Source: Burkholderiales bacterium (GTDB taxonomy: Bacteria > Pseudomonadota > Gammaproteobacteria > Burkholderiales > SG8-41). Taken from it: a stretch of 64,000 bases of DNA. Shown here one piece after another: positions 28,722 through 37,399 of this stretch. Below the pieces are notes generated by a model that saw only the letters and a program-made list of their open reading frames with translations, made no database searches and was not told the DNA's origin. Positions within the stretch are counted from its first letter, which is position 1; each line of letters begins with the position of its first letter. Location of the stretch: NCBI GenBank assembly GCA_030833315.1, contig JAURHM010000001.1, forward strand, positions 50,233 through 114,232, in the 5' to 3' direction. Position numbers and translations under genes: made by a program.

Positions 28722-29105
28722 GTGCTTCGCGTCGCCGCCATCCTTGCGCTGTCACTGGCGCTACACCCCGCCTGCGCCGCCGAAGCGCGCATCATCGTGC
28801 AGCAGTCGCCGCTGGCCGGATTCCAGTATTACGATGGCAAGGTGGTGTGGGACAACATGCGTGTCGGTGATGCGCTGACACTGGTGCGCGAACCGCAGAA
28901 TCCGCACGACAGCAATGCGGTACGCGTCGACTGGAAAGGCCAGCCGCTGGGTTATGTGCCCCGCCGCGACAACCGCGATGTGGCACGCCAAATCGACCGC
29001 GGCGCGCTGGTGCAGGCGCGCATCGTCAACCTGAAAGAGGCGCGCAATCCCTGGCAACGCGTCGAATTTGAAATTTTTGTGGAACTGGCCGTCGCCCGCC
29101 CCTGA
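28722..29105 (+). CDS. HIRAN-domain protein with N-terminal Sec signal peptide
   Basis: GTG start. MLRVAAILALSLALHPACA-AEA, then HIRAN blocks GFQYYDG, GDALTLVREPQNPHDSNAVRV, GQPLGYVPRRDNRDVA. Confidence 0.75.
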   Translation: MLRVAAILALSLALHPACAAEARIIVQQSPLAGFQYYDGKVVWDNMRVGDALTLVREPQNPHDSNAVRVDWKGQPLGYVPRRDNRDVARQIDRGALVQARIVNLKEARNPWQRVEFEIFVELAVARP

Positions 29106-29106
29106 C

Positions 29107-30264
29107 ATGGAACTCTTTTTCGCCACCTGCCCGCGCGGTCTTGAAGGCGTACTCGCCGAAGAGCTCAAGACCATCGGCGCAGCCGATATCCAGGCCGCCG
29201 ATGGCGGCACCGGCTTTCGCGGACACTATGCGCTGTGCCGCAGCGTCAACCTCGAAAGCCGCATCGCCAGCCGCGTGTTGTGGCGGGTCGGTCACTGCAG
29301 CTACCGCAGCGAGAACGACATTTTTGCTGCGGCTAAAAAAATCCGCTGGGCGCAATGGTTCGGCCCGAAACAGACTATCCGCGTCGATACCGCGGCGATC
29401 AAAAGCCCGCTGCAAAGCATCGACTTCGTCACCCTGCGCGTGAAAGACGCCGTATGCGATGTGCTGCGCGATACCGAAGGCCTGCGGCCGGACGTCGACA
29501 CCCGCGCTCCCGACGTGCGCATCCATGTTTTCCTGACGCGTGATGATGCGGTTTTTTATCTCGACACTTCGGGCGATGCGCTGTTCAAGCGCGGCTGGCG
29601 CACCGCGTCCGGCGAAGCGCCGCTGCGCGAGAACCTTGCTGCAGGCATCCTCAAACTCGCGGGCTGGACACCGGAACAAACGCTGCTCGACCCGATGTGC
29701 GGCAGCGGCACCTTTCTCGTCGAAGCCGCGCTGATGGCGCGCAACCGCGCGCCGGGACTGGGCCGCAGTTTCGGTTTTGAGAAGCTGCGCAACCATGACG
29801 CCAAAGACTGGGCTGCGCTGCGCGAGCAGGCCGTAACCCGTGAAAATAAATCAATAAAAACAAATATTTACGGTTATGACCGCAGCGGCGACGCGATTTC
29901 CATTGCCACCCGTAACGTCACCTCGCTTGGCCTAGAATCGCAGATTGCGCTCAAACAATGCAGTTTCGAAGACTCGAAACCACCGGTCGCCGCAGGTCTG
30001 CTGATCACCAACCCGCCTTACGGCGTGCGCATGGAAGAACTCGATGATCTCGCCAACTGGTATCCGAAAATCGGCGACGTTCTGAAACAGCGTTACGCCG
30101 GCTGGACGGCGTTCATCCTCACCGGCGATCTGCGCATGGCCAAGCTAATCGGATTAAAACCATCGAAACGCACACCGCTGTTCAACGGTGCGCTGGAATG
30201 CCGGCTGTTCCGTTTTGAAATGGTCGCCGGCTTCATGCGCAAGGACGCGCCGCCGAAAGTCTAG
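29107..30264 (+). CDS. THUMP-domain class I SAM-dependent RNA methyltransferase (RlmL/UPF0020-like)
   Basis: MELFFATCPRGLEGVLAEEL..., DPMCGSGTFLVEAA, LLITNPPYG. ATG 29107 lies 1 nt after the HIRAN stop. Confidence 0.85.
   Translation: MELFFATCPRGLEGVLAEELKTIGAADIQAADGGTGFRGHYALCRSVNLESRIASRVLWRVGHCSYRSENDIFAAAKKIRWAQWFGPKQTIRVDTAAIKSPLQSIDFVTLRVKDAVCDVLRDTEGLRPDVDTRAPDVRIHVFLTRDDAVFYLDTSGDALFKRGWRTASGEAPLRENLAAGILKLAGWTPEQTLLDPMCGSGTFLVEAALMARNRAPGLGRSFGFEKLRNHDAKDWAALREQAVTRENKSIKTNIYGYDRSGDAISIATRNVTSLGLESQIALKQCSFEDSKPPVAAGLLITNPPYGVRMEELDDLANWYPKIGDVLKQRYAGWTAFILTGDLRMAKLIGLKPSKRTPLFNGALECRLFRFEMVAGFMRKDAPPKV
29843..29877 (+). repeat. A/T-only module copy B (core TCAATAAAAACAA 29851-29863)
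   Basis: AAAATAAATCAATAAAAACAAATATTTACGGTTAT, translated in frame as ENKSIKTNIYGY. Matches 30/35 ungapped to 48495-48529. Confidence 0.75.
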
Positions 30265-31022
30265 CTGCGCAGCACGCGGATGATCAGTGATCCGCCGATC
30301 AGTAACAGCAGCACACCGATCACTTTGAGCAGGGTTTCGCGCGATACGCCAAGCTGGATGTGATGTCCAGCCCAGATGCCGCCCAGCGCAAAAGGCAGCA
30401 GCAGCGCGGTACCGATGACACGATCGATCAGGATCAGCCCGCCGAACAGGAATACCAGCGTGCGGATCGACGTCGACAGCAGTACCATATTCGACAGCGT
30501 CGCGCGCAGCACCGCCTTATCCGGCAGACGGCGCGACAGATAGATCGCATACGGCGGTGCGCCGACACCAAACATCGTGCCGGCCGCCCCGCCGCAGAAT
30601 CCGGAAATCACCGCCCAGGGATGGCGCGCAATGCCGATCTGCGGCGCACCGGCAAACAGGGAATACAGGCCGTAACACAACAGGAACAGGCCGAAGGCGG
30701 CAATCGTCGCCTGCTGCGGCAGCGTCACCAGCGCGGTGACGCCGGCCACGGCGCCGGCGAGGGAGCACGGCGCCATCCATTTGAGTTCGCCGCGATCCGC
30801 CTCTTTCGAAAAGCGCGATCCCAGCGTCAGTGCCGCAGACACGTCTAGCAGCGCGCACATCGGCAGTACAAAATTCAGCGGAAAAAAGTACGACAGCGCC
30901 GGCACCGTGAACATCGCCGCACCGAAGGTGGTGATGCCGAATATGACGTACGCGCCGAGGATGATCACCGCGCAGGCTGCCCAGGTCGTCAGATCGAAGG
31001 GGATGCTGTAAGGGATATCCAT
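30261..31022 (-). CDS. TauE/SafE (TSUP) family sulfite-exporter-like membrane protein
   Basis: Gly-rich multi-TM protein with two related halves. ATG 31022 (MDIPYS...); the track ORF starts at TTG 31028. The stop overlaps the end of the THUMP gene on the opposite strand. Confidence 0.8.
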   Translation of the reverse strand: MDIPYSIPFDLTTWAACAVIILGAYVIFGITTFGAAMFTVPALSYFFPLNFVLPMCALLDVSAALTLGSRFSKEADRGELKWMAPCSLAGAVAGVTALVTLPQQATIAAFGLFLLCYGLYSLFAGAPQIGIARHPWAVISGFCGGAAGTMFGVGAPPYAIYLSRRLPDKAVLRATLSNMVLLSTSIRTLVFLFGGLILIDRVIGTALLLPFALGGIWAGHHIQLGVSRETLLKVIGVLLLLIGGSLIIRVLRS

Positions 31023-31026
31023 CAAC

Positions 31027-31054
31027 AAAAAACGCCGGCGCTACGGCCGGCGTT
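31027..31054 (-). terminator. rho-independent terminator after pilU
   Basis: On the minus strand: AACGCCGGC-CGTAGC-GCCGGCGTT followed by TTTTTTGTTG. The T-run runs into the TauE start codons. Confidence 0.75.
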
Positions 31055-31077
31055 CCCCAGCATGAATCGGCAGAAAA

Positions 31078-32214
31078 TCAGACAAGGTTCAGATGCTCGA
31101 TGCCGGTCATAACGTCCTTGTCCTTGGCCTCCTTGCTGTTGAGCTTGATCATCAGGCGCAGTTCGTTAATTGAGTCGGCGTTGCGCAGCGCGTCTTCATA
31201 GCTGATCTCTCCGGCCTCATACAGATCGAATAGATGCTGATCGAAGGTCTGCATGCCCAGTTCACGCGACTTGGCCATGATGCCCTTGATCTCATGCACT
31301 TCGCCCTTAAAAATCATGTCCGAAATCAGCGGCGAGTTGAGCAGGATCTCGACCGCGACAGCACGGCCCTTGCCGTCTTTTTTCGGAATCAGCCGCTGCG
31401 ACACCAGCGCACGAATGTTCAGCGACAGATCCATCAACAGCTGGTGTTTCCGTTCCTCGGGGAAGAAGTTGATGATCCGGTCCAGCGCCTGGTTGGCGCT
31501 GTTGGCATGGAGCGTCGCCATCGCCAAGTGACCCGTTTCGGCAAACGCAATCGCGTGGTCCATGGTGTCACGATCGCGGATCTCGCCGATCAAGATCACA
31601 TCCGGCGCCTGGCGAAGTGTGTTTTTCAGCGCGGCATGCCAGTTTTCGGTATCGACGCCGACCTCGCGCTGGGTAACCACGCAGTTCTTGTGATCATGCA
31701 CGTATTCGATCGGGTCTTCGATGGTGATGATGTGGCCGTAGCTGTTTTCATTGAGGTAGCCGATCATCGCCGCCAGAGAGGTCGATTTGCCAGAACCGGT
31801 ACCGCCAACCATGATGACCAAGCCGCGCTTGGTCATCACGACATCTTTCAGCACCGGCGGCAGCTTCAGGTCATCGAACTTCGGAATCGAGGTGTTGATC
31901 GTCCGCAGCACCATGCCAACCCGGCCCTGCTGCATGAAGGCGTTGACGCGGAATCGACCGATATCGCCGGGGCTCACCGCAAAATTGCATTCCTTGGTCG
32001 CCTCGAATTCGCTGGCCTGCTTGTCGTTCATGATGCCGCGCGCCAGTTCGGAAGTATGCTGCGCGGTGAGCGACTGTTGCGCCACCGGCGTCATCTTGCC
32101 GTCGAGCTTGATCGCTGGCGGGAAACCCACCGTAATGAAAAGGTCCGAGGCCTTTTTCGCGACCATCGCCCGCAGCAGGTCGTGCATGAACTTGACTGCC
32201 TGTTCTCTTTCCAT
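31078..32214 (-). CDS. pilU: type IV pilus retraction ATPase PilU
   Basis: MEREQAVKFMHDLLRAMVAKKASDLFITVGFPPAIKLDG..., Walker A GGTGSGKST. Downstream of pilT. Confidence 0.9.
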   Translation of the reverse strand: MEREQAVKFMHDLLRAMVAKKASDLFITVGFPPAIKLDGKMTPVAQQSLTAQHTSELARGIMNDKQASEFEATKECNFAVSPGDIGRFRVNAFMQQGRVGMVLRTINTSIPKFDDLKLPPVLKDVVMTKRGLVIMVGGTGSGKSTSLAAMIGYLNENSYGHIITIEDPIEYVHDHKNCVVTQREVGVDTENWHAALKNTLRQAPDVILIGEIRDRDTMDHAIAFAETGHLAMATLHANSANQALDRIINFFPEERKHQLLMDLSLNIRALVSQRLIPKKDGKGRAVAVEILLNSPLISDMIFKGEVHEIKGIMAKSRELGMQTFDQHLFDLYEAGEISYEDALRNADSINELRLMIKLNSKEAKDKDVMTGIEHLNLV

Positions 32215-32254
32215 GCTCTAGCTCCCGTTTTTTCCTGTGGCCCGCGCCGCCGCC

Positions 32255-33295
32255 TCAGCGGAACGCATCCTTGTTCATGGCTTTGCCGCGCGCTTCCTCG
32301 ACCGACACAATATTGCGTTTGACCAGATCCTGCAGATTCTGGTCCAGCGTCTGCATGCCCAGCTGTGCGCCGGTCTGGATCGCCGAATACATCTGCGCCA
32401 CCTTGTTTTCGCGGATCAGGTTACGGATCGCCGGCGTGCCGATCATGATCTCGTGGGCGGCGGCGCGGCCGCTGCCGTCCTTGGTCTTGAGCAGCGTCTG
32501 CGAAATCACCGCACGCAGCGACTCCGACAACATTGCGCGCATCATCTCTTTCTCCTCCGCCGGGAACACGTCAATGATCCGGTCGATGGTCTTGGCGGCG
32601 GAACTGGTGTGCAGCGTACCGAAGACCAGGTGGCCCGTTTCGGCCGCGGTCAGCGCCAGGCGGATGGTTTCCAGATCGCGCATCTCGCCAACGAGGATGA
32701 TGTCCGGGTCTTCGCGCAGCGCCGAGCGCAACGCGTTGGCAAACGACAGCGTGTGCGGTCCGACTTCGCGTTGGTTGATCAGGCACTTCTTCGATTCGTG
32801 CACGAATTCGATCGGGTCTTCCACGGTCAGGATATGGCCCTGCTCGTTTTCGTTGATGTGATTGATGATGGCAGCCAGCGTGGTCGATTTGCCCGAACCG
32901 GTCGGGCCGGTGACCAGCACCACGCCGCGCGGCTGGTTGGCGATATCGACGAATACCTTGGGCGCCTTCAGGTCTTCCAGGCTCAGCACCTTGGACGGAA
33001 TGGTCCGGAATACCGCGCCGGCGCCGCGCTGCTGGACAAAGGCATTGACGCGGAACCGCGCCAGATTGGGAATCGAGAACGAAAAGTCGCACTCGAGGTT
33101 TTCTTCGTAGAACTTGCGCTGACCGTCGTTCATGATGTCGTACACCATGGCGTGGACGTCTTTATGTTCCAGTGCCGGCAGATTGATGCGGCGGATGTCG
33201 CCGTGCACGCGAATCATCGGAGGCAGCCCTGAGGACAGATGCAGGTCGGATGCCTTATTTTTGACAACAAAGGCCAGCAGTTCGGAGATGTCCAT
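32255..33295 (-). CDS. pilT: type IV pilus twitching-motility ATPase PilT
   Basis: MDISELLAFVVKNKASDLHLSSGLPPMIRVHGDIRRI..., GPTGSGKSTT, AIRNLIRENK. Confidence 0.93.
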   Translation of the reverse strand: MDISELLAFVVKNKASDLHLSSGLPPMIRVHGDIRRINLPALEHKDVHAMVYDIMNDGQRKFYEENLECDFSFSIPNLARFRVNAFVQQRGAGAVFRTIPSKVLSLEDLKAPKVFVDIANQPRGVVLVTGPTGSGKSTTLAAIINHINENEQGHILTVEDPIEFVHESKKCLINQREVGPHTLSFANALRSALREDPDIILVGEMRDLETIRLALTAAETGHLVFGTLHTSSAAKTIDRIIDVFPAEEKEMMRAMLSESLRAVISQTLLKTKDGSGRAAAHEIMIGTPAIRNLIRENKVAQMYSAIQTGAQLGMQTLDQNLQDLVKRNIVSVEEARGKAMNKDAFR

Positions 33296-33399
33296 TTATA
33301 ATTCCCTGGGAAGTGTTGCCATGCGGGCTACGCGGGGTGCTGTAGCGCGCACCCAAGCTCTGGAACATGCGCAAACCAGCCTCTGAGCGCTCCGAAATT

Positions 33400-34101
33400 A
33401 TGACCACAATCGCTGAGAACTTGCAAGCCGTACACGACCGCATCCTACGTGCCGCGGCCCCTGCAAATCGCGCACCGGACAGCGTGCAGCTGCTGGCCGT
33501 CAGTAAAACCTTCGGCAGCGAGGAAGTAACCGCAGCATGGCATGCCGGACAGCGCGTATTCGGCGAAAATTTCGTGCAGGAAGCACTCGACAAAATCGCC
33601 AGGCTGAGGCACTTAGACATCGAGTGGCATTTCATCGGTCCGGTCCAGAGCAACAAAACACGCCCGATAGCCGAACACTTTGCCTGGGTGCACAGCATCG
33701 AACGGGAAAAGATCGCCCGCCGCCTCAACGATTCGCGCCCGCCCGGGCTGCCGCCGCTGAACGTGCTGATCCAGGTCAATGTCAGCGGCGAAACCAGCAA
33801 AAGCGGCGTCGCCCCCGGTGAAGAACGCGCTCTTGCCGAAACCATCCGCAGCCTGCCACGCCTGCGTCTGCGCGGCCTGATGACCATCCCGGAACCGACA
33901 CCGGATGCCGCCCTGCAGCGCCGGCGTTTCGCGCTGTTGCGCAGCCTGCAGCAGGCATTGCAGGCGGATGACCGCGGCGTAGACACGCTGTCGATGGGCA
34001 TGTCCGACGATCTTGAAGCCGCGATTGCCGAAGGATCGACCATGGTGCGGATCGGCACCGCTATCTTCGGTTCACGGAAAACCGTAAAAAGCGCCCCCTG
34101 A
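33400..34101 (+). CDS. yggS: YggS-family pyridoxal-phosphate homeostasis protein
   Basis: LLAVSKTF..., WHFIGPVQSNK, SMGMSDDLEAAIAEGSTMVRIGTAIFG. ATG 33400 inside track ORF 33367..34101. Confidence 0.9.
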   Translation: MTTIAENLQAVHDRILRAAAPANRAPDSVQLLAVSKTFGSEEVTAAWHAGQRVFGENFVQEALDKIARLRHLDIEWHFIGPVQSNKTRPIAEHFAWVHSIEREKIARRLNDSRPPGLPPLNVLIQVNVSGETSKSGVAPGEERALAETIRSLPRLRLRGLMTIPEPTPDAALQRRRFALLRSLQQALQADDRGVDTLSMGMSDDLEAAIAEGSTMVRIGTAIFGSRKTVKSAP

Positions 34102-34185
34102 ACCGTATAATGCCGCGAGCGGGTTTGCGGCCGCTTCCGGGAATCCGCAGTCACATCAGTCACCTTTCGCGTTTTGCTTCAACAC

Positions 34186-34998
34186 ATGAATATCCTTTTT
34201 ATCGGCGGCGGCAATATGGCGGCCGCAATCATCGGCGGCTTGATCGCCAAAGACTGGCCAGCGGCCGCGATTCACGCTGTTGATGTGCTGCCGGAAGCAC
34301 TGAAACGGTTGGAGCAGCAATTCGGCATCCGCACTTCCGGCGACGGCGCCGCAGCAGCGCGCAACGCCGATTGCATCGTGCTCGCGGTCAAACCGCAGCA
34401 ACTGCGTGATGTCGCGCGCGGTCTTGCCCCGGTCATCGCCGGCAAACTGGTTATCAGCATCGCCGCCGGCATACGCGGCATTGATCTCGCACGCTGGCTC
34501 GGCCCCGAAGCCCGTATCGTGCGCGCCATGCCCAATACGCCGGCGCTGGTATCCGCCGGCATCACCGGATTACACGCCATGCCCGGCGTCAGCGAAACCC
34601 AGAAGCACGACGCGGGACGCATTCTTGCCGCCGTCGGCAGCACCTTCTGGGTCGGCAAAGAACGTGATCTCGATGCAGTGACGGCGGTTTCCGGCAGCGG
34701 ACCGGCGTATGTATTTTATTTCATCGAAGCGCTGGAGCAGGCGGCGCTGGAGCTGGGACTGCCCGCAGAAACCGCGCGCCAGAGCGCTCTGGCCACCTTC
34801 GCCGGCGCGGTCAAACTGGCGCTGGCCGACAGCGCCGACCCCGCCATACTGCGCGCCCGCGTCACCTCCAAGGGCGGGACTACGGAGCGCGCGATCGGTC
34901 TGATGGATGACGCCGCTATCAAGGCCGCCTTTGTGCGGGCCGTGCGTGGCGCTGCCGAACGCGCTGCCGAGCTTGGCGACGAACTGGGCAAAGACTAG
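34186..34998 (+). CDS. proC: pyrroline-5-carboxylate reductase
   Basis: MNILFIGGGNMAAAIIGGL..., AVKPQ, MPNTPALV, TSKGGTTE. Confidence 0.92.
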   Translation: MNILFIGGGNMAAAIIGGLIAKDWPAAAIHAVDVLPEALKRLEQQFGIRTSGDGAAAARNADCIVLAVKPQQLRDVARGLAPVIAGKLVISIAAGIRGIDLARWLGPEARIVRAMPNTPALVSAGITGLHAMPGVSETQKHDAGRILAAVGSTFWVGKERDLDAVTAVSGSGPAYVFYFIEALEQAALELGLPAETARQSALATFAGAVKLALADSADPAILRARVTSKGGTTERAIGLMDDAAIKAAFVRAVRGAAERAAELGDELGKD

Positions 34999-35026
34999 AG
35001 ATCAAGGACCGGGGGCTGCGGAAGAC

Positions 35027-35605
35027 ATGCTGGGCAATGCACTGATTTTCATCGTGCAGGTCGTGTTCGGCCTGCTGACACTGACCCTGCTGCTGCGTTT
35101 TTATCTGCAGTGGGTGCGTGCGCCCTATCGCAATCCGCTCGCGGATTTTGTCAATGCATTGACGGATTTCATGGTGCGCCCTGCGCGCCGCGTACTGCCC
35201 GGCTTGTGGGGTATCGACCTGCCGACGCTGCTGCTGGCCTGGTTGATGCAGCTGCTGGAATGGCTGATCGTGCTGCAGGTCCGCGGTTTTCGCTTCGGCG
35301 CCGAAATCGGCATGGCGCTGGTCGGCATTGCCGCAGTGGCTGCGGTTGCCGTGCTGCAAATGCTGGTCTACGTCGTGCTGTTCTCGACGCTGCTGCAGGC
35401 CGTGCTGTCATGGATCAATCCCGGCAGCCCGTTTGCACCGCTGCTTGATGCCATGACACGCCCCTTTCTGCGCATGTTCCGCCGGAATATTCCGCCGATC
35501 GGTAACGTCGATCTGTCCCCGTTGTTTCTGATGGTGGCCTGCCAGCTGATGCTGATGCTGCCCATTGCATGGCTGGAATCCGTCGCGCTGCGCCTGCTGC
35601 GATGA
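35027..35605 (+). CDS. yggT: YggT-family membrane protein
   Basis: Two YGGT-like halves (LLRFYLQWVRAPYRNPL...; LLQAVLSWINPGSPFAPLL...IPPIGNVDLSPL). ATG 35027. Confidence 0.85.
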   Translation: MLGNALIFIVQVVFGLLTLTLLLRFYLQWVRAPYRNPLADFVNALTDFMVRPARRVLPGLWGIDLPTLLLAWLMQLLEWLIVLQVRGFRFGAEIGMALVGIAAVAAVAVLQMLVYVVLFSTLLQAVLSWINPGSPFAPLLDAMTRPFLRMFRRNIPPIGNVDLSPLFLMVACQLMLMLPIAWLESVALRLLR

Positions 35606-35910
35606 ACGAAGGATGGCTGCGCTTTCACGCTGAAAGCGCGCGCCTGACGCTGCAAATCCACGCCCAACCCAACGCCAAATCGACCGGTGCTGCCGGTCTG
35701 CACAGCGATGCGCTGAAAGTGCGTATTGCCGCACCGGCGCTTGACGACAAGGCCAATACCGCGCTTCTTGTCTGGCTGTCAGACGCCCTGGATCTCCCAA
35801 GATCCGTGCTGAAAATCCGCTCCGGTTCAACCTCGCGACGCAAGGTGGTGGAAATTCAGCCTGCGGATGCCGCCCTCGCTGCGCGTGCCGCCGCACTGCC
35901 CGAAGAATAA
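35602..35910 (+). CDS. yggU: DUF167 (YggU) family protein
   Basis: ATGA overlap with the yggT stop. LTLQIHAQPNAKSTGAAGLHSDALKVRIAAPALDDKANTALLVWLSDAL. Confidence 0.8.
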   Translation: MNEGWLRFHAESARLTLQIHAQPNAKSTGAAGLHSDALKVRIAAPALDDKANTALLVWLSDALDLPRSVLKIRSGSTSRRKVVEIQPADAALAARAAALPEE

Positions 35911-35920
35911 AGACGGCCGG

Positions 35921-37372
35921 TCAGCGGTCTTCTTCGGAACCGCCTTTGCGCACCCTCCAGGCTCTTACCAGCAGAGTCAGGCCGATCCAAAAGGCCAGCA
36001 GGGCCAGCGGCACCGTCAACGCCAGCGGCAGCAGCAATGCGATGGCAGCCAATCCGAGAAATCCGAGTGCAGCACTGAGCATCGTCCCGGATTCAGCCGG
36101 TCCCAGCATGCGACGGTTGCTGAACGCCGCGCCGACGGTATTACCGATACGCAACGCCCCCGCCGCCGCACGCGAAGCGCGGCCGCCGGATCCGGCTGTG
36201 CCCAGCCTGGCCCGGGGGCTGGAATGACTGACGCGATGTCTCGGGCCGAGCACGATTTCCGTGGCATAGCCGAGATCCTCTTCGTACATCTGCTGCATCT
36301 CGCCCGCACAGCTCTGGTCCTCGATGGCGATGTCCAGTTCGTAGTTGCCGATCCAGCTGGCGATATTCAGGTTGGTGGAACCGACCCGTGCCCAGCGCCC
36401 GTCGGCCACAGCGGTCTTCGCATGCAGCATGGCGCCGTTCCACTCGAACACGCGGATACCCGCTTCGAGCAGCGGCCGGTAACCCGAACGCGAAACCTGT
36501 CCGACAAAAGGGATGTCGCTGGTGCCTGGTACCAAGAGCCGCACATCGACGCCGTCGTAAGCCGCGGCCCGCAGCGCCTGCACATAAGGCGCAATACCGA
36601 CAAAATAGGCGTCGGTCAGCCACAGCGTCTCGCGAGCCAGTGCGGCGATCATCTGGTCCAGGCGGTAGAGTCCGGCGATATTGGGCTCCGAAGCGAGAAC
36701 ACGCAGCATGGCATCACCCGCCGGCGGAGCCGTGACCGGCAGCACATCCAGCGCGCCCTCTCCGGTTGCAGCCCAGGTCTGTGCAAACGCCCGTTCAATA
36801 TCGGCAATCACGGGACCGCGAATCTCGATGCCGGTATCACGCCAGGGCGCAATGCCGCGTTGCGCGTCACCGAGCCACTTGTCACTGACACAGAGTCCGG
36901 TGACATAACCGACCTCGCTGTCCACGGCGACCATCTTGCGGTGGTCCCGCGTCAGCCAGCCGAAGGGGCTGTCAAAGCGCGGCCTGTTGAAACAGCGCAC
37001 CTGTCCGCCGGCCTCGATCAACGGCTGCAGCAGGCGCTGCGTACCGATGCCCAGCGCACCCATCCAGTCATAAATCAGGCGTACGGCAACACCGGCAAGC
37101 GCACGCTCGGTCATGGCCGCGACAAATTCGCGACCGGTTCTGTCGTCGGCAAGAATGTAGTTTTCAAACAGGATAGATTGCCGGGCACCGGCAATCGCCG
37201 ACAACCATGCTGGATAGTTTTCGCCGGCATCTCGCAGTACGCGGACGGCGTTGCCGCCAACCAGCGGTGCGCCGGCCGCACGCGCGAACATCTGCTCGGC
37301 AAACTGGCGCAAGTCGGCGCCGGCGCGCGGCAAGGCGCTGTTGCGGACCTGCGATTGTGCGGGAAGGGCCAT
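35921..37372 (-). CDS. phospholipase D-family protein / cardiolipin synthase (ClsB-like) with C-terminal TM anchor
   Basis: Two HKD motifs (DHRKMVAVDSEVGYVTGLCV; LHAKTAVADGRWARVGSTNLN). Hydrophobic C-terminus. Confidence 0.85.
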   Translation of the reverse strand: MALPAQSQVRNSALPRAGADLRQFAEQMFARAAGAPLVGGNAVRVLRDAGENYPAWLSAIAGARQSILFENYILADDRTGREFVAAMTERALAGVAVRLIYDWMGALGIGTQRLLQPLIEAGGQVRCFNRPRFDSPFGWLTRDHRKMVAVDSEVGYVTGLCVSDKWLGDAQRGIAPWRDTGIEIRGPVIADIERAFAQTWAATGEGALDVLPVTAPPAGDAMLRVLASEPNIAGLYRLDQMIAALARETLWLTDAYFVGIAPYVQALRAAAYDGVDVRLLVPGTSDIPFVGQVSRSGYRPLLEAGIRVFEWNGAMLHAKTAVADGRWARVGSTNLNIASWIGNYELDIAIEDQSCAGEMQQMYEEDLGYATEIVLGPRHRVSHSSPRARLGTAGSGGRASRAAAGALRIGNTVGAAFSNRRMLGPAESGTMLSAALGFLGLAAIALLLPLALTVPLALLAFWIGLTLLVRAWRVRKGGSEEDR

Positions 37373-37399
37373 GGCTCGCCTTGAAACAGAACGGACGCG

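Noticed and set aside
35867-37384. 505-aa plus-strand ORF opposite the PLD/cardiolipin synthase gene
   Set aside because: The minus-strand frame carries two HKD motifs. The plus-strand product is an Arg/Gly/Ala-rich shadow ORF.
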